From IMG/VR virus record IMGVR_UViG_3300025121_000013: a DNA stretch of 64,000 nt; one strand, written 5' to 3'. Under the pieces are notes generated by a model. It saw only the letters and a list, made by a program, of their open reading frames with translations. It was not told the DNA's origin and did no database searches. The DNA comes from a virus (taxonomy: Duplodnaviria; Caudoviricetes). This document shows, piece by piece, positions 46,209 through 55,493 of the stretch (its first letter is position 1; each line of letters starts with the position of its first letter). A program made the position numbers and the translations under genes.

Positions 46209-47666
46209 GTGATGAAGGAACTTTTACTTGAGGTTTATAAGACGACAAAGAGGCTTACTTCGGTTGACCCCAGTAAGCCAGGAAATTTAAAACCTTTCCT
46301 GGTGGATGACAATGCTTTCAAGACTTATATGGAAGGACTTTGCGAGTCTTTTCAGAACAAGAAGGACCGTGAGGCTTTTATGGTCCTGGCGGAAAATACT
46401 CGAGTTCGTTTACTTGAAAACTCTATGTTCCAAATGAACCCCTATGAATCTTTAATTTTTCCTGTTTTAAGAGTTTTCTATCCAAAGCTTGTTGCCAAGG
46501 AAGCCGTGACTGTGACTCCTATGGACAAGCCTGAAACCGTGCAAGCTATTTTGACAGCGACTTTCACCCAAGCGAATGGCAACACTCAGTATACCGCCCC
46601 CGTGACTTCTCAGGACATTTCCGGTGGGCCTTCTGTGGGAACTCCAGTGGCGGCTTCAATGCCTGTTCCTAGCACAGATTATGATGTTTTGGCTCAGATC
46701 AGCTTAACCAGTACTCAGGCTCATCTTGAGAGAGATTTTGAAATTACTGGCGTTTCTGCCGATGGTACAAATTTTACCTCAGTCTCGATTCAACCCGCTG
46801 TGGAAGGACATTTTGCTTCTTCAGTGACCATCGTTGGAACTGGAACCGATGTCATTACGGGTAAGGTTGATTATCTCAATGGCACGGTTTCTGTGGCTAG
46901 CACAAGCGCAGTCGTGACTTTTATTCGTTACACGGTTACATGTTCCCTCGAAGAGAATAGAATTAACCCGACTGTGACTCTTTCTGTGGATAAGCTCAGA
47001 CTGTACTCAAAGGATCGTCAGATCACTGCGAACTGGAGCGTGAACTTTGAGCAAGATATGCGTTCACTGTTTGACATGAATACCCAAGCTGAAATGGTTA
47101 ATATTATTGGTCAGCAGGTCGCGCTTGATATTGACAGAGAAATCGTCAATGCTTTAATCGCGGCTAACACGAATTTAAATGCTGCCACCCATAGACGGAC
47201 TTTTAATAGAACTCCCCCTGGAACTTACGTGTGGGGCGTTAAGTATTGGCACGAAAATATTATTTCCGATCTGAATATTCTTTCTTCGAGAATTTTTACC
47301 GATACAAATATTGACCAAGGCAATACCATTTTAGCGAATCCCGTTGACGTTGCCATTTTAGAAGATATCAATACTTTCAATTATACCGGTACTTCGAGCG
47401 TTGATGGGGAAGTTGGTTATCGGTCAGCTACCGTGGCCGGTGGAAAATGGAAGATTCTCACTTCCAATGTGGTTCCCGCTGGAAGCATGATTGTGATTTA
47501 CAAACCAGTTGAAGACATGAAAGCCATTTATATTTATGCGCCTTATATTCCGGCTGTGTTGCATCCTTACCCACTGGGTGCTAAGCCCTCCTTGACGATT
47601 TTAAGTCGGTACGCTAATGCCATGGTGAGAAGCAATGGCGTTGCGGTTCTGACAATCGGTGCGTAA
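46209..47666 (+). CDS. major capsid protein (T4 gp23-like, HK97 fold)
   Basis: LVAKEAVTVTPM, ITANWSVNFEQDM, IDREIVNAL, YAPYIP...SRYA; AGGAGG RBS; strong terminator follows. Confidence 0.85.
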   Translation: MMKELLLEVYKTTKRLTSVDPSKPGNLKPFLVDDNAFKTYMEGLCESFQNKKDREAFMVLAENTRVRLLENSMFQMNPYESLIFPVLRVFYPKLVAKEAVTVTPMDKPETVQAILTATFTQANGNTQYTAPVTSQDISGGPSVGTPVAASMPVPSTDYDVLAQISLTSTQAHLERDFEITGVSADGTNFTSVSIQPAVEGHFASSVTIVGTGTDVITGKVDYLNGTVSVASTSAVVTFIRYTVTCSLEENRINPTVTLSVDKLRLYSKDRQITANWSVNFEQDMRSLFDMNTQAEMVNIIGQQVALDIDREIVNALIAANTNLNAATHRRTFNRTPPGTYVWGVKYWHENIISDLNILSSRIFTDTNIDQGNTILANPVDVAILEDINTFNYTGTSSVDGEVGYRSATVAGGKWKILTSNVVPAGSMIVIYKPVEDMKAIYIYAPYIPAVLHPYPLGAKPSLTILSRYANAMVRSNGVAVLTIGA

Positions 47667-47687
47667 TTTACCTTAAAAATTAGCAAA

Positions 47688-47727
47688 AAAATGTCCCGGG
47701 GATGAAGCAAATTCCCCGGGACATTTT
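47688..47727. terminator. 15-bp inverted repeat after the capsid gene
   Basis: AAAATGTCCCGGGGA / TCCCCGGGACATTTT. Confidence 0.8.
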
Positions 47728-47757
47728 CCTCTCGTCGGTTTGAGCCTTCCTTAAACT

Positions 47758-48279
47758 TTATCCTTTAAGATTTTTTATCTCGGCATGAAATTCCTGGATC
47801 GTTTTTTGGAGTCGAGTAATTACCAACCCTTTTTGATAAACTTCTTCCTCGAGTTCTTCAACCCTTTTCTGAAGGGCAAGACATCGTTTTTCAGATGGGG
47901 TAAGACTTCTGTTTCTTGGAATCAATGAGACAATTTCTCCATCGATCCTAATTAATCCCAAATCAATCAAATTTTTAAATAAAGGCAGCCTTACTTTTTC
48001 AACGTTTAATGATCTTCGAGCTTTTCTTAATTCTGAAATAGTGCATGAACCTTTGCACCGTTTTAGAGTTCTTAGAACTGTTGATCCAACTTCCTTACTA
48101 AAATCTCTTGTCAATTTAAATCCATTTTCAACCTTCTCCACACCAGGCTTACGATTTAGACGAATATTTACAAAGGTTTGCGGCAGATCCCATTCGTCCG
48201 CAAACTCTTTATAAGAAATCACCTCCCCAATTTTTTTCATTCCCAAAGCGAGGTTAATCAGCTGAGCTTCTTTTTGCAT
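47758..48279 (-). CDS. hypothetical protein with C-terminal coiled coil
   Basis: GGGGAG RBS; 173 aa. Confidence 0.6.
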   Translation of the reverse strand: MQKEAQLINLALGMKKIGEVISYKEFADEWDLPQTFVNIRLNRKPGVEKVENGFKLTRDFSKEVGSTVLRTLKRCKGSCTISELRKARRSLNVEKVRLPLFKNLIDLGLIRIDGEIVSLIPRNRSLTPSEKRCLALQKRVEELEEEVYQKGLVITRLQKTIQEFHAEIKNLKG

Positions 48280-48310
48280 CTTTTTCTCCCCTCTTGTTTA
48301 TGATAGTGGG

Positions 48311-48363
48311 ATAATCTGAGAGTTTGATCAAACGAAAAACACTTGATCAAACTCTCAGATTAT
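48311..48363. terminator. 21-bp perfect inverted repeat
   Basis: ATAATCTGAGAGTTTGATCAA / TTGATCAAACTCTCAGATTAT. Confidence 0.6.
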
Positions 48364-48666
48364 TTAGTTTATAATTTTCGATTATGATTCAAATATCAAT
48401 TCATCTGGTTCATCAAGGGGAAATCCTTCTTCATCCCAGTCTTCTTGAAATGTTCTCTCCAAATTCTTTGGGCCAGTTTCTTTATTTTTTCTTGACGATA
48501 AGCGATAGGTTTCGTTCTCAGACCCACCATGATGATATGCCATCTTTTAATCTCCCATTCTGAGAAGAGTGAAGAGAAGAAAATCAAAGATTAATAATGG
48601 AGTTGTTTTCTTTTATGGTACATCTGAAGAAGGGCGGAAAAAATTTTAAATATATCAAATCCTTTC

Positions 48667-48741
48667 TGGCAGACCCGGGAGGATTCGAACCTCCGAATGC
48701 AGGAACCAAAATCCTGTGTCTTACCGCTTGACGACGGGTCT
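48667..48741 (-). tRNA. tRNA-Gln(UUG)
   Basis: AGACCCG/CGGGTCT acceptor stem, TT-TTG-GT anticodon loop, GGTTCGAATCC T-arm, encoded CCA. Confidence 0.92.
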
Positions 48742-48749
48742 TTAGCGAC

Positions 48750-49091
48750 TCAATGAAATACTATATTTATCCATTCTTTAGATTCTTTAGACCATATTTT
48801 CTTTTTTTCTAAAAATATTAAAAGAATAATCAAAGCTTTTTCTATCGTATCTTCTTTAAAAGAGAAACCATTATAATCAACCATAAATTCATTTTCTAAT
48901 TTTGTAATATTAAGTTTAGAATCTGGATATTTTTCAAACATTTTAAAAAGTTGTTCTTTATGTGGAATCCATATGGTATCTTTGATATGACTACCCTCAT
49001 AACCTAAAACATAATCACCTTTTTTAGGAATCCAAAAACTTTGGACTTCTTCAGTACTACATAAATTTATAAACTCATTTGAAAAATCCAT
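48750..49091 (-). CDS. hypothetical protein
   Basis: 113 aa ORF. Confidence 0.55.
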   Translation of the reverse strand: MDFSNEFINLCSTEEVQSFWIPKKGDYVLGYEGSHIKDTIWIPHKEQLFKMFEKYPDSKLNITKLENEFMVDYNGFSFKEDTIEKALIILLIFLEKKKIWSKESKEWINIVFH

Positions 49092-49106
49092 AGACTTTTG
49101 ACCCTT

Positions 49107-49370
49107 TTACTTCTCTTTCCTTTTATTTTTTTGAATCGTCTCTAAAGTTAAAAAAGTTGTAATCCATTTTGAATCATCTTTTTTTTGAATACAAAAAGGA
49201 ATCCAACCATTTTTAATAAATAAATTTTTTATATCTTTGTATTTCAATTCCATATTCATTGTTGGTTGAATTGTGAATGGAGTTCTTGGCCAAATATAAA
49301 TTTTTCCTTTAATCCACGCTTTTATAAAATGAATTAAAAATAAAATTTTCTTCAAATTATATAAGACCAA
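49107..49370 (-). CDS. hypothetical protein
   Basis: ORF track. Confidence 0.4.
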   Translation of the reverse strand: MVLYNLKKILFLIHFIKAWIKGKIYIWPRTPFTIQPTMNMELKYKDIKNLFIKNGWIPFCIQKKDDSKWITTFLTLETIQKNKRKEK

Positions 49371-49528
49371 AACATAATTTCATTTCTATCAAATTCATTT
49401 GTCCCATCTGTGAAATATATCCCATTCCAATATACAATTCTATAATATGGTTTATCAAATTTTTTAATTTTTACAATTAGCTCAGATTCATCTGTTGGCA
49501 TATTCTCAACATCAGACCTAAATCTCAT
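49352..49528 (-). CDS. small hypothetical protein (58 aa, not in ORF track)
   Basis: MRFRSDVENMPTDESELIVKIKKFDKPYYRIVYWNG...; GGAGG RBS. Confidence 0.45.
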   Translation of the reverse strand: MRFRSDVENMPTDESELIVKIKKFDKPYYRIVYWNGIYFTDGTNEFDRNEIMFWSYII

Positions 49529-49578
49529 TCTTCAAAAACCTCCTTGAAAATCTTTTATAATTGAAACATTATTTTGTC

Positions 49579-49653
49579 TGGCTCCGGGAGGAGGGATCGA
49601 ACCTCCGACTGTCACATTAACAGTGTGATGCTCTTCCGCTGAGCTATCCCGGA
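49579..49653 (-). tRNA. tRNA-Asn(GUU)
   Basis: TCCGGGA/TCCCGGA acceptor stem, CT-GTT-AA anticodon loop, GGTTCGATCCC, CCA. Confidence 0.92.
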
Positions 49654-49746
49654 GAGTTTGAGGGGCTATAGAAATTAGGCGACGTTTAAGCACAGAGTAT
49701 ATGAATTTTCTCGAAAGTCATTTCTTTCTCCTAGTTTTTTAGTTTT

Positions 49747-49822
49747 TGGTGGAAGCAAAGAGATTTGAACTCTTATCTTTCGCCTTGCAAAAGCGATGCT
49801 TTCCCTATTAAGCTATGCCCCC
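49747..49822 (-). tRNA. tRNA-Ala(UGC), AT-rich
   Basis: TT-TGC-AA anticodon loop, G3:U70 pair, GAGTTCAAATCTC T-arm, CCA. Confidence 0.8.
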
Positions 49823-49829
49823 TAATAAT

Positions 49830-50045
49830 TTAAATAATAGCCTCTATAATATTATTTAGTTCTTTTAGTCTATTTCCTTTTGAATGACCTAAATGCCATT
49901 TCTTACAAAAAGCACATTTATAAACGCTAACAGAAATTTGTTTCTCAAATTTTAATTCTTTTCGAGCTTTTAAGGCGATGTCTTCATTGCTATATTTATG
50001 TTTAAATCGACATTGATTTCTCTTAAGTCTTCGTTTACTTGACAA
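49830..50045 (-). CDS. small basic zinc-finger-like protein
   Basis: YKCAFCKKWHLGH; GGAGG RBS; preceded by GAACAAATTAAAAAA. Confidence 0.55.
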   Translation of the reverse strand: MSSKRRLKRNQCRFKHKYSNEDIALKARKELKFEKQISVSVYKCAFCKKWHLGHSKGNRLKELNNIIEAII

Positions 50046-50082
50046 TTCAAATTTTATCCTCCTTTCTTTTTTAATTTGTTCA

Positions 50083-50466
50083 TTATAATAATTTTAAATT
50101 CTTTGTTATTTTATCAATATCTTCAGATTTAGCTGGCCCAATAGCAATACATGTTTCTGTTGGAATTCCATGAAATTCTGTTAAGCCTGCATCAATTATT
50201 AAAGATGCTGGAAACCCGTTATCCAAAGCTTTTTGATATATCTCTAATAATTCTTCTTTTGAATTGACTTGCAAACAAATTTTTGTAAAAAGTCCATTTA
50301 ACCATTCTGAAATGTTTTCATCCAATTCTAATGTCCAATTGTCATTATTTATTTTTGACATTTTATCTAATAAAATTTTCATTGACGCATGTGCGCCTTG
50401 AGCGATCATTTTTCCTTTTCTCATATTTAAATCTGTTCTCATTAATATAACTTGTTTAACCTTCAT
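50083..50466 (-). CDS. pth2: peptidyl-tRNA hydrolase, Pth2 type
   Basis: KQVILMRTDLNMRKGKMIAQGAHAS, DAGLTEF, TCIAIGP. Confidence 0.9.
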   Translation of the reverse strand: MKVKQVILMRTDLNMRKGKMIAQGAHASMKILLDKMSKINNDNWTLELDENISEWLNGLFTKICLQVNSKEELLEIYQKALDNGFPASLIIDAGLTEFHGIPTETCIAIGPAKSEDIDKITKNLKLL

Positions 50467-51220
50467 ATTTTTCTTTCATTTCTTTTAAAAGTTCTAATTC
50501 ATTGGCTATTTTTTCTATTTGAATCACCTTCATTGATGGCAAAACTATACAAGATAATTTCCCACCCATATCTAAATATGCGGCTCCGGTATCTATACCA
50601 ATTTTTCCATATTTAACATAAATGTCAGATATATATTTTCCTTCAAAAAATGGTGTATGTCCAAACACAATTGTTTTACCAAAATTTGAAAAATCTTTAT
50701 ATAAAAATAAATCTCGAATCCAAAGGATTTCAGTGTAAAATGGTTTTTCAGCACTGGGATCTATTGTGGTTACAATTTCTTCTAAATCAAGATCTTCAAA
50801 TTTAGGATTTGGATTTTTTACCATATTAATTCCGCCATGAATAAAGAAATAATTTTCAGTTACATAAAACTTTTTAAGTTTATTTTTAATAAATTCAATG
50901 TGTTCATCAGGAATTTTATGGTTATAACTTTTAATAGTTTGATATCCGCCATTATATATAAACACTCCTTCATCAATACCCATCATATAATTATTAAACA
51001 TTTCTTCATGATTTCCCATCAAAGGAATGACAGAATTGGGATATTTTGAAACTAGACTTATAATATAAGAAATAACTTTATTCGAGTCTGGGCCTCGATC
51101 AATATAATCTCCGATAAAAATCAATTGATCTTTTTCATAATCAATTTCTTTTTCTATTTTTGCCATCAAAGATATTAACATATCATATTGACCATGTATA
51201 TCTCCGATTACATAGTACAT
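50456..51220 (-). CDS. PPP-family metallophosphoesterase (Ser/Thr protein phosphatase-like)
   Basis: GDIHG, GDYIDRG, GNHE, FIHGG, FGHTP, IDTG. Confidence 0.9.
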   Translation of the reverse strand: MYYVIGDIHGQYDMLISLMAKIEKEIDYEKDQLIFIGDYIDRGPDSNKVISYIISLVSKYPNSVIPLMGNHEEMFNNYMMGIDEGVFIYNGGYQTIKSYNHKIPDEHIEFIKNKLKKFYVTENYFFIHGGINMVKNPNPKFEDLDLEEIVTTIDPSAEKPFYTEILWIRDLFLYKDFSNFGKTIVFGHTPFFEGKYISDIYVKYGKIGIDTGAAYLDMGGKLSCIVLPSMKVIQIEKIANELELLKEMKEKYEG

Positions 51221-51241
51221 ATCTTTTCTCCTTTCAAAAAT

Positions 51242-51430
51242 CTAACTATCAATATATTCTTCATCAAAAGATTCATCCCATAATTGAATTTCTTTTAAAC
51301 AATCATCACATGTGATCATTTCATATCCGTCTCTACCGCCTTTAAATTTAACTATTTTTCCACAATTAACACATTTAAATTTATTTTCATCTATCCTATG
51401 TTTTTCTAATTCTTCAAAAGAAATAGTCAT
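51242..51430 (-). CDS. small zinc-ribbon protein
   Basis: CVNC...CDDC. Confidence 0.55.
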   Translation of the reverse strand: MTISFEELEKHRIDENKFKCVNCGKIVKFKGGRDGYEMITCDDCLKEIQLWDESFDEEYIDS

Positions 51431-51597
51431 TTTATCCTCATTTCCTTTATTGGAAATAAATAAACAGTTAGTTTTGGGGTTGGATCAGTATTTAAAACTG
51501 CATCTTGAATTACAAACCATTTGCCTTCCTTTTTTATTTTATTTCCAACTATATCAAGGGGTGATTTCCATGATAAACCTTCTTTTTCTTTAGCCAT
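51427..51597 (-). CDS. small hypothetical protein (56 aa, not in ORF track)
   Basis: MAKEKEGLSWKSPLDIVGNKIKKEGKWFV...; ATGA overlap with the next gene. Confidence 0.45.
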   Translation of the reverse strand: MAKEKEGLSWKSPLDIVGNKIKKEGKWFVIQDAVLNTDPTPKLTVYLFPIKEMRIK

Positions 51598-51629
51598 GTA
51601 AAACCCTCTTGAGAAAGAGTTTTATTTTT

Positions 51630-51666
51630 AGGCTGGCTCTAGTCATAAGTCGACTAGAGCCAGCCT
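51630..51666 (-). terminator. 15-bp inverted repeat after the TAXI gene
   Basis: AGGCTGGCTCTAGTC / GACTAGAGCCAGCCT. Confidence 0.7.
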
Positions 51667-51692
51667 TTATTAATTGATCAGTATTTTAAATT

Positions 51693-52649
51693 CTACTTCA
51701 AAGGAACCTCATATTTGATCCAAGAAACTTTTTCAGGGTCTTCCACCTCTTGCCAAGCTGGGTGGGATGCCCTATCTTCTTTAATTTCTTCGAGATTCTC
51801 AATGATTGCATTCTTTAGAGCAATTAGATCTGCTGCTCTTTTTCCTTTATAATTCCATACAAACAGTTCATTTTGAACAGACAAACAGGGAAGCCCAAAC
51901 AGTCCCAAATTTTTGTAAGAGACTTTTGTCGGAATATAAAAATTTCCCAGTCTTTGAATATCAGAAGGATCAAAAGCTGCAAGGTTAAACATTTTTCCAT
52001 CGAGTTTTTCTACCCACGAAAGAGGTTTTCCACCCATAGCCAAAAAGGCGACAACCTCATTGTTTTGGAGTTTTGAAATTCCCTCTTCAGGTTTGAAAAC
52101 CTCAATAGCGTCAATGCTTAGCTGAAGACGTTCATTTATAATTGTCGAAGTGGGAAGTGCGCTTCCAAGAACCGCCACTTTCTTTCCACGGAGATCTCTC
52201 ATGTCTACAATGATTTGCCTTTGTTCTTTCGAGGATCCATAACCAAGGAACCCTTCAGAACCTTCCTTCAAAAGAATTCCATTTCTAAGAACAATAATGT
52301 GCATTGTATTTGCATGAAGTGACATGAGAGACCTAATATTTTTTGTTACCATTGAATCGGTTCTTTGAACAATATCAATGGTATCGGACTGTGCAAGACC
52401 AACGTCTGCATTTCTTCGAAGAATATTTAGAATATTATCAAATCCACCTGTCGTATTTGAATTCTCGCATAAATTAGGATAATAAGCGGAAATATTTTTA
52501 AACATCTTTGCATATGTATTTTGAGGATTTCCAGTCGAAAAAATCAAATAATTATCGGGGCATGTTTCTGATGGCTCAGTGGCGAAGCAATAAAAAGGAT
52601 TAATCAAAAAAGAGATTAGGATGAGAAAACCCAGAACCCAACGTTTCAT
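51693..52649 (-). CDS. TAXI-family TRAP solute-binding protein
   Basis: Signal peptide, STGNPQNTY, TTGGFDN, DVGLAQSD, DLRGKKVAV. Confidence 0.75.
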   Translation of the reverse strand: MKRWVLGFLILISFLINPFYCFATEPSETCPDNYLIFSTGNPQNTYAKMFKNISAYYPNLCENSNTTGGFDNILNILRRNADVGLAQSDTIDIVQRTDSMVTKNIRSLMSLHANTMHIIVLRNGILLKEGSEGFLGYGSSKEQRQIIVDMRDLRGKKVAVLGSALPTSTIINERLQLSIDAIEVFKPEEGISKLQNNEVVAFLAMGGKPLSWVEKLDGKMFNLAAFDPSDIQRLGNFYIPTKVSYKNLGLFGLPCLSVQNELFVWNYKGKRAADLIALKNAIIENLEEIKEDRASHPAWQEVEDPEKVSWIKYEVPLK

Positions 52650-52689
52650 GAAAACTCCTTTTCTCCGGATATCAGTGATTTATATAATT

Positions 52690-52857
52690 CTATTTATAAA
52701 ACTTAGGTCCATTATTTATGGGTTGAGATTGTGTAATATTTTCCTCAGAATAAATTTCATTATTTATTGATTTTGTTTTCATGGATCCAAAAATTACAAT
52801 TCCTATGAGAAATATCATGAGAATCAGGCCTACGATTTTAATAACCTTGTAGTACAT
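52690..52857 (-). CDS. small single-pass membrane protein (55 aa, not in ORF track)
   Basis: MYYKVIKIVGLILMIFLIGIVIFGSMKTK...; GGAGGG RBS. Confidence 0.5.
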   Translation of the reverse strand: MYYKVIKIVGLILMIFLIGIVIFGSMKTKSINNEIYSEENITQSQPINNGPKFYK

Positions 52858-52880
52858 TCGCCCTCCTGGAAAAGATGATT

Positions 52881-53609
52881 CTATTCTCCAGTATTTTCTA
52901 CCAATAGTTCAGTTTTTGCATGCCTAATAAATTCTCCGTCAATTTCCAAATCTGCAAATGCCCTATCAAAATTTTCCGAAATTGCATTGGAGGCTTCTTC
53001 AGCCAATAGGTCTCTGGTAATTGTTTCTTTATCAGTTGACGAAACACTCGAAAGTGCATCAGCGCTAGCAATGGCGAATTCTTGTTGAAATTTTTGTCTT
53101 TCTACCTCATTTTTAAATTCAATTAGGGCTTCTTCAAATTTCTTTAGCTTAGCACTTTGCATCTCAAAGAGTTTTCTCATTTTCTCAAGGGCTTGACGTT
53201 CCTTACTCAAATTACAATTGGGATCTCTTTTTTCTCTTTCTTCAATAAGTCTTTGTAATCCCTGAACTTTTGAAAAAAGGACTTTTGTTCCATTTTTAAA
53301 TATCGCTACATGTTCTGACCGTGCGATAATGGTATTTTCCAATTGTTCAATCGGGTTTTGTCTTGCTTCAACTTTTCTCATTTTAATAATCCAGTTTTCT
53401 AATTTTTGTCCCATAAGAGGAATTGTCATAACCACTCCAGTTCCAACAATTCCGATGGCTCCAATTGCAAAGAGACTGACTGCTGCAACTAGAGCATTAT
53501 AAATAATAAATGAAAAACCGGCTAAAGCGCCAACCATTGTCAAACCAGTTAATGTTTTGATAGCTACAGCCTTTTTATTTATAGATACTTGTGGGAGATG
53601 AGGGGTCAT
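52881..53609 (-). CDS. membrane-anchored coiled-coil protein (PspA-like architecture)
   Basis: Two N-terminal TM segments, ARQNPIEQLEN, long heptad region. Confidence 0.6.
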   Translation of the reverse strand: MTPHLPQVSINKKAVAIKTLTGLTMVGALAGFSFIIYNALVAAVSLFAIGAIGIVGTGVVMTIPLMGQKLENWIIKMRKVEARQNPIEQLENTIIARSEHVAIFKNGTKVLFSKVQGLQRLIEEREKRDPNCNLSKERQALEKMRKLFEMQSAKLKKFEEALIEFKNEVERQKFQQEFAIASADALSSVSSTDKETITRDLLAEEASNAISENFDRAFADLEIDGEFIRHAKTELLVENTGE

Positions 53610-53711
53610 CCTTCATTCCTTTGACGGGATTTATTAGGGGAGAATTTATTTCACTCTTAATTTTTTTAATGTCTTTAAAATTAAATATAATCGGAGGATT
53701 TAATTCAATCT

Positions 53712-53951
53712 TCAAAGTTTTTCTCGAGGAAAAATTTCAGTGAAAAATCTAAATTTTTTAAAGTCTTCATGAAGAGAGTCATAACATCCATTTATAGTAT
53801 AAATGAACAATTTATCTTTTTCTTCTAAAGGAATAATTCTTTTTACAAAAACCCAATTAGATTCATTTGTATCTTCATCCGTTTCTAGATAAAGAATACT
53901 ATACTTTTTATTAAAAGAATCTAAAATATATTTTACTTGTTCTTTTGTCAT
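53712..53951 (-). CDS. hypothetical protein
   Basis: Real start at ATG 53951; the ORF-track extension runs through tRNA-Leu and is spurious. Confidence 0.5.
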   Translation of the reverse strand: MTKEQVKYILDSFNKKYSILYLETDEDTNESNWVFVKRIIPLEEKDKLFIYTINGCYDSLHEDFKKFRFFTEIFPREKL

Positions 53952-54052
53952 TTGGTTTTCGTTCCTAAATAACCAGCTAAAATAACTATTGCTACAATCG
54001 CTAAAAGAATTAATCCAAAAGCCATTCGTTCCTTTCCTTTCTAGATATTTTT

Positions 54053-54142
54053 TGGTGCCGAGGACGGGAGTCGAACCCGTACAGGGATTTCTCCACCGAG
54101 GGATTTTAAGTCCCTTGCGTCTACCAGTTCCGCCACCCCGGC
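54053..54142 (-). tRNA. tRNA-Leu(UAA)
   Basis: GCCGGGG/CCTCGGC acceptor stem, CT-TAA-AA anticodon loop, long variable arm, CCA. Confidence 0.93.
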
Positions 54143-54161
54143 ACAAGATTATATTAGACTT

Positions 54162-55493
54162 TTAACAGATTGAATTGAAAAAGGTTTTATCTATATGTTT
54201 AGGGCCAAAAGATAATATTTTGATAGGAACTTCAGTTTCTTCTCTTATAAATCTAAAAAATTTACTTTCCCATCCCCTTCCTTGAAAAGTTTCATAAGAG
54301 GGTTTAACAAAAGGTAAATATTTTGTAAGAAAGTTCTCTTCTGAAAGATCATATATTTCATTAGATTGAATATATTCGAAAAACAATTTATCTATATTTT
54401 TTAGTTCATCAAAAACATAATTTGTACAAACCTTTATTTTATCCATTTTATTAAGAAGATCAATATGGGTCAAAGCAATTCCATCTAAACCATTCGAAAT
54501 ATTTAAAGAATATTTCAAAGCAACTAAATCTAAATGTCCAATTCTAAATTTTCCCTGCCATCCATTATTTACATTATGTTTATCAAAAAATCTTAGAGAT
54601 TCATCTTCTGTAATTAATGGGCCATTACCATGTCTTGTGGTAAAAATTCTTGAAATGCCAATCATTTGAATATTTTCAATATCTTTAAAATCTATCGGAT
54701 TAATGGCAACATGTCTTTTTGTTACATATGGCAAGACCCCATATCTTGGGTCAAGAAGATTTCCTTGGGAGCTCTCAAAGATTATAACATCATTTGAAAT
54801 TTCATCGAGCTTTTCAAAAGGAAGATTATGAACATGACTTTCAATATATACTTTAAATTTTTTATATTCAGAATGTAAAAATTTAATATATTTTTTATTT
54901 ATAAAAGTACTAATAATTTTATCTTCTCGTATTGAAGAAGGAAATTCATCTAACAATTCATTTAAAATAAAATTGATTTTATCAAGCAAATATTTATCAG
55001 GTTTAAATAAATCAATGACTTTCAAAGTTGGGATATTTTTTTGTTTAGACCTTACATATTCTCCAACTCCAGCACCGCATGTGCTAAATTTTTTAACCCT
55101 ATCATATTCTCTTTTTCTGCCGAATAAAACATGAAAAGGAAGAATCAATTCACAATTTTCATGGATATCTATTCTTTCCCAAATATTTCTCGTTTTTGTA
55201 TTTAATACTTTCGCTTCTTCCATCATAGTCAAAGGGTCAAAAACCATATCTTCTGAATAAACGGTATTTGACTTTAAGTTTGATAAAGAATTGGAACCGA
55301 AGTGACTAAAACAATGATGAATATTTTTATTTATAACATTATGAGCGGCTTGATGTGCTCCATTAAATCGAATAGCTGTTGAAGGCCCAAACTTATGTCC
55401 AAGGGCATCAATAATACTTCCTTTTCCTTCATCTCCATAATTTAAGCCGAAAATCAAAAAACATTTTTTTCCTTTAAATATTTTATTATTCAT
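54162..55493 (-). CDS. divergent adenylosuccinate synthetase (PurA-like)
   Basis: GDEGKG, ESSQG, TTRHGNGP, RIGHLD; aspartate loop and TKLD motif altered. Confidence 0.8.
   Translation of the reverse strand: MNNKIFKGKKCFLIFGLNYGDEGKGSIIDALGHKFGPSTAIRFNGAHQAAHNVINKNIHHCFSHFGSNSLSNLKSNTVYSEDMVFDPLTMMEEAKVLNTKTRNIWERIDIHENCELILPFHVLFGRKREYDRVKKFSTCGAGVGEYVRSKQKNIPTLKVIDLFKPDKYLLDKINFILNELLDEFPSSIREDKIISTFINKKYIKFLHSEYKKFKVYIESHVHNLPFEKLDEISNDVIIFESSQGNLLDPRYGVLPYVTKRHVAINPIDFKDIENIQMIGISRIFTTRHGNGPLITEDESLRFFDKHNVNNGWQGKFRIGHLDLVALKYSLNISNGLDGIALTHIDLLNKMDKIKVCTNYVFDELKNIDKLFFEYIQSNEIYDLSEENFLTKYLPFVKPSYETFQGRGWESKFFRFIREETEVPIKILSFGPKHIDKTFFNSIC

Noticed and set aside
54162-55493. PurZ (2-aminoadenine, Z-genome) assignment for the PurA-like gene
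   Set aside because: It retains the PurA-type Asp in GDEGKG, whereas PurZ has Ser at that position; no DatZ/MazZ-like genes are recognisable nearby.
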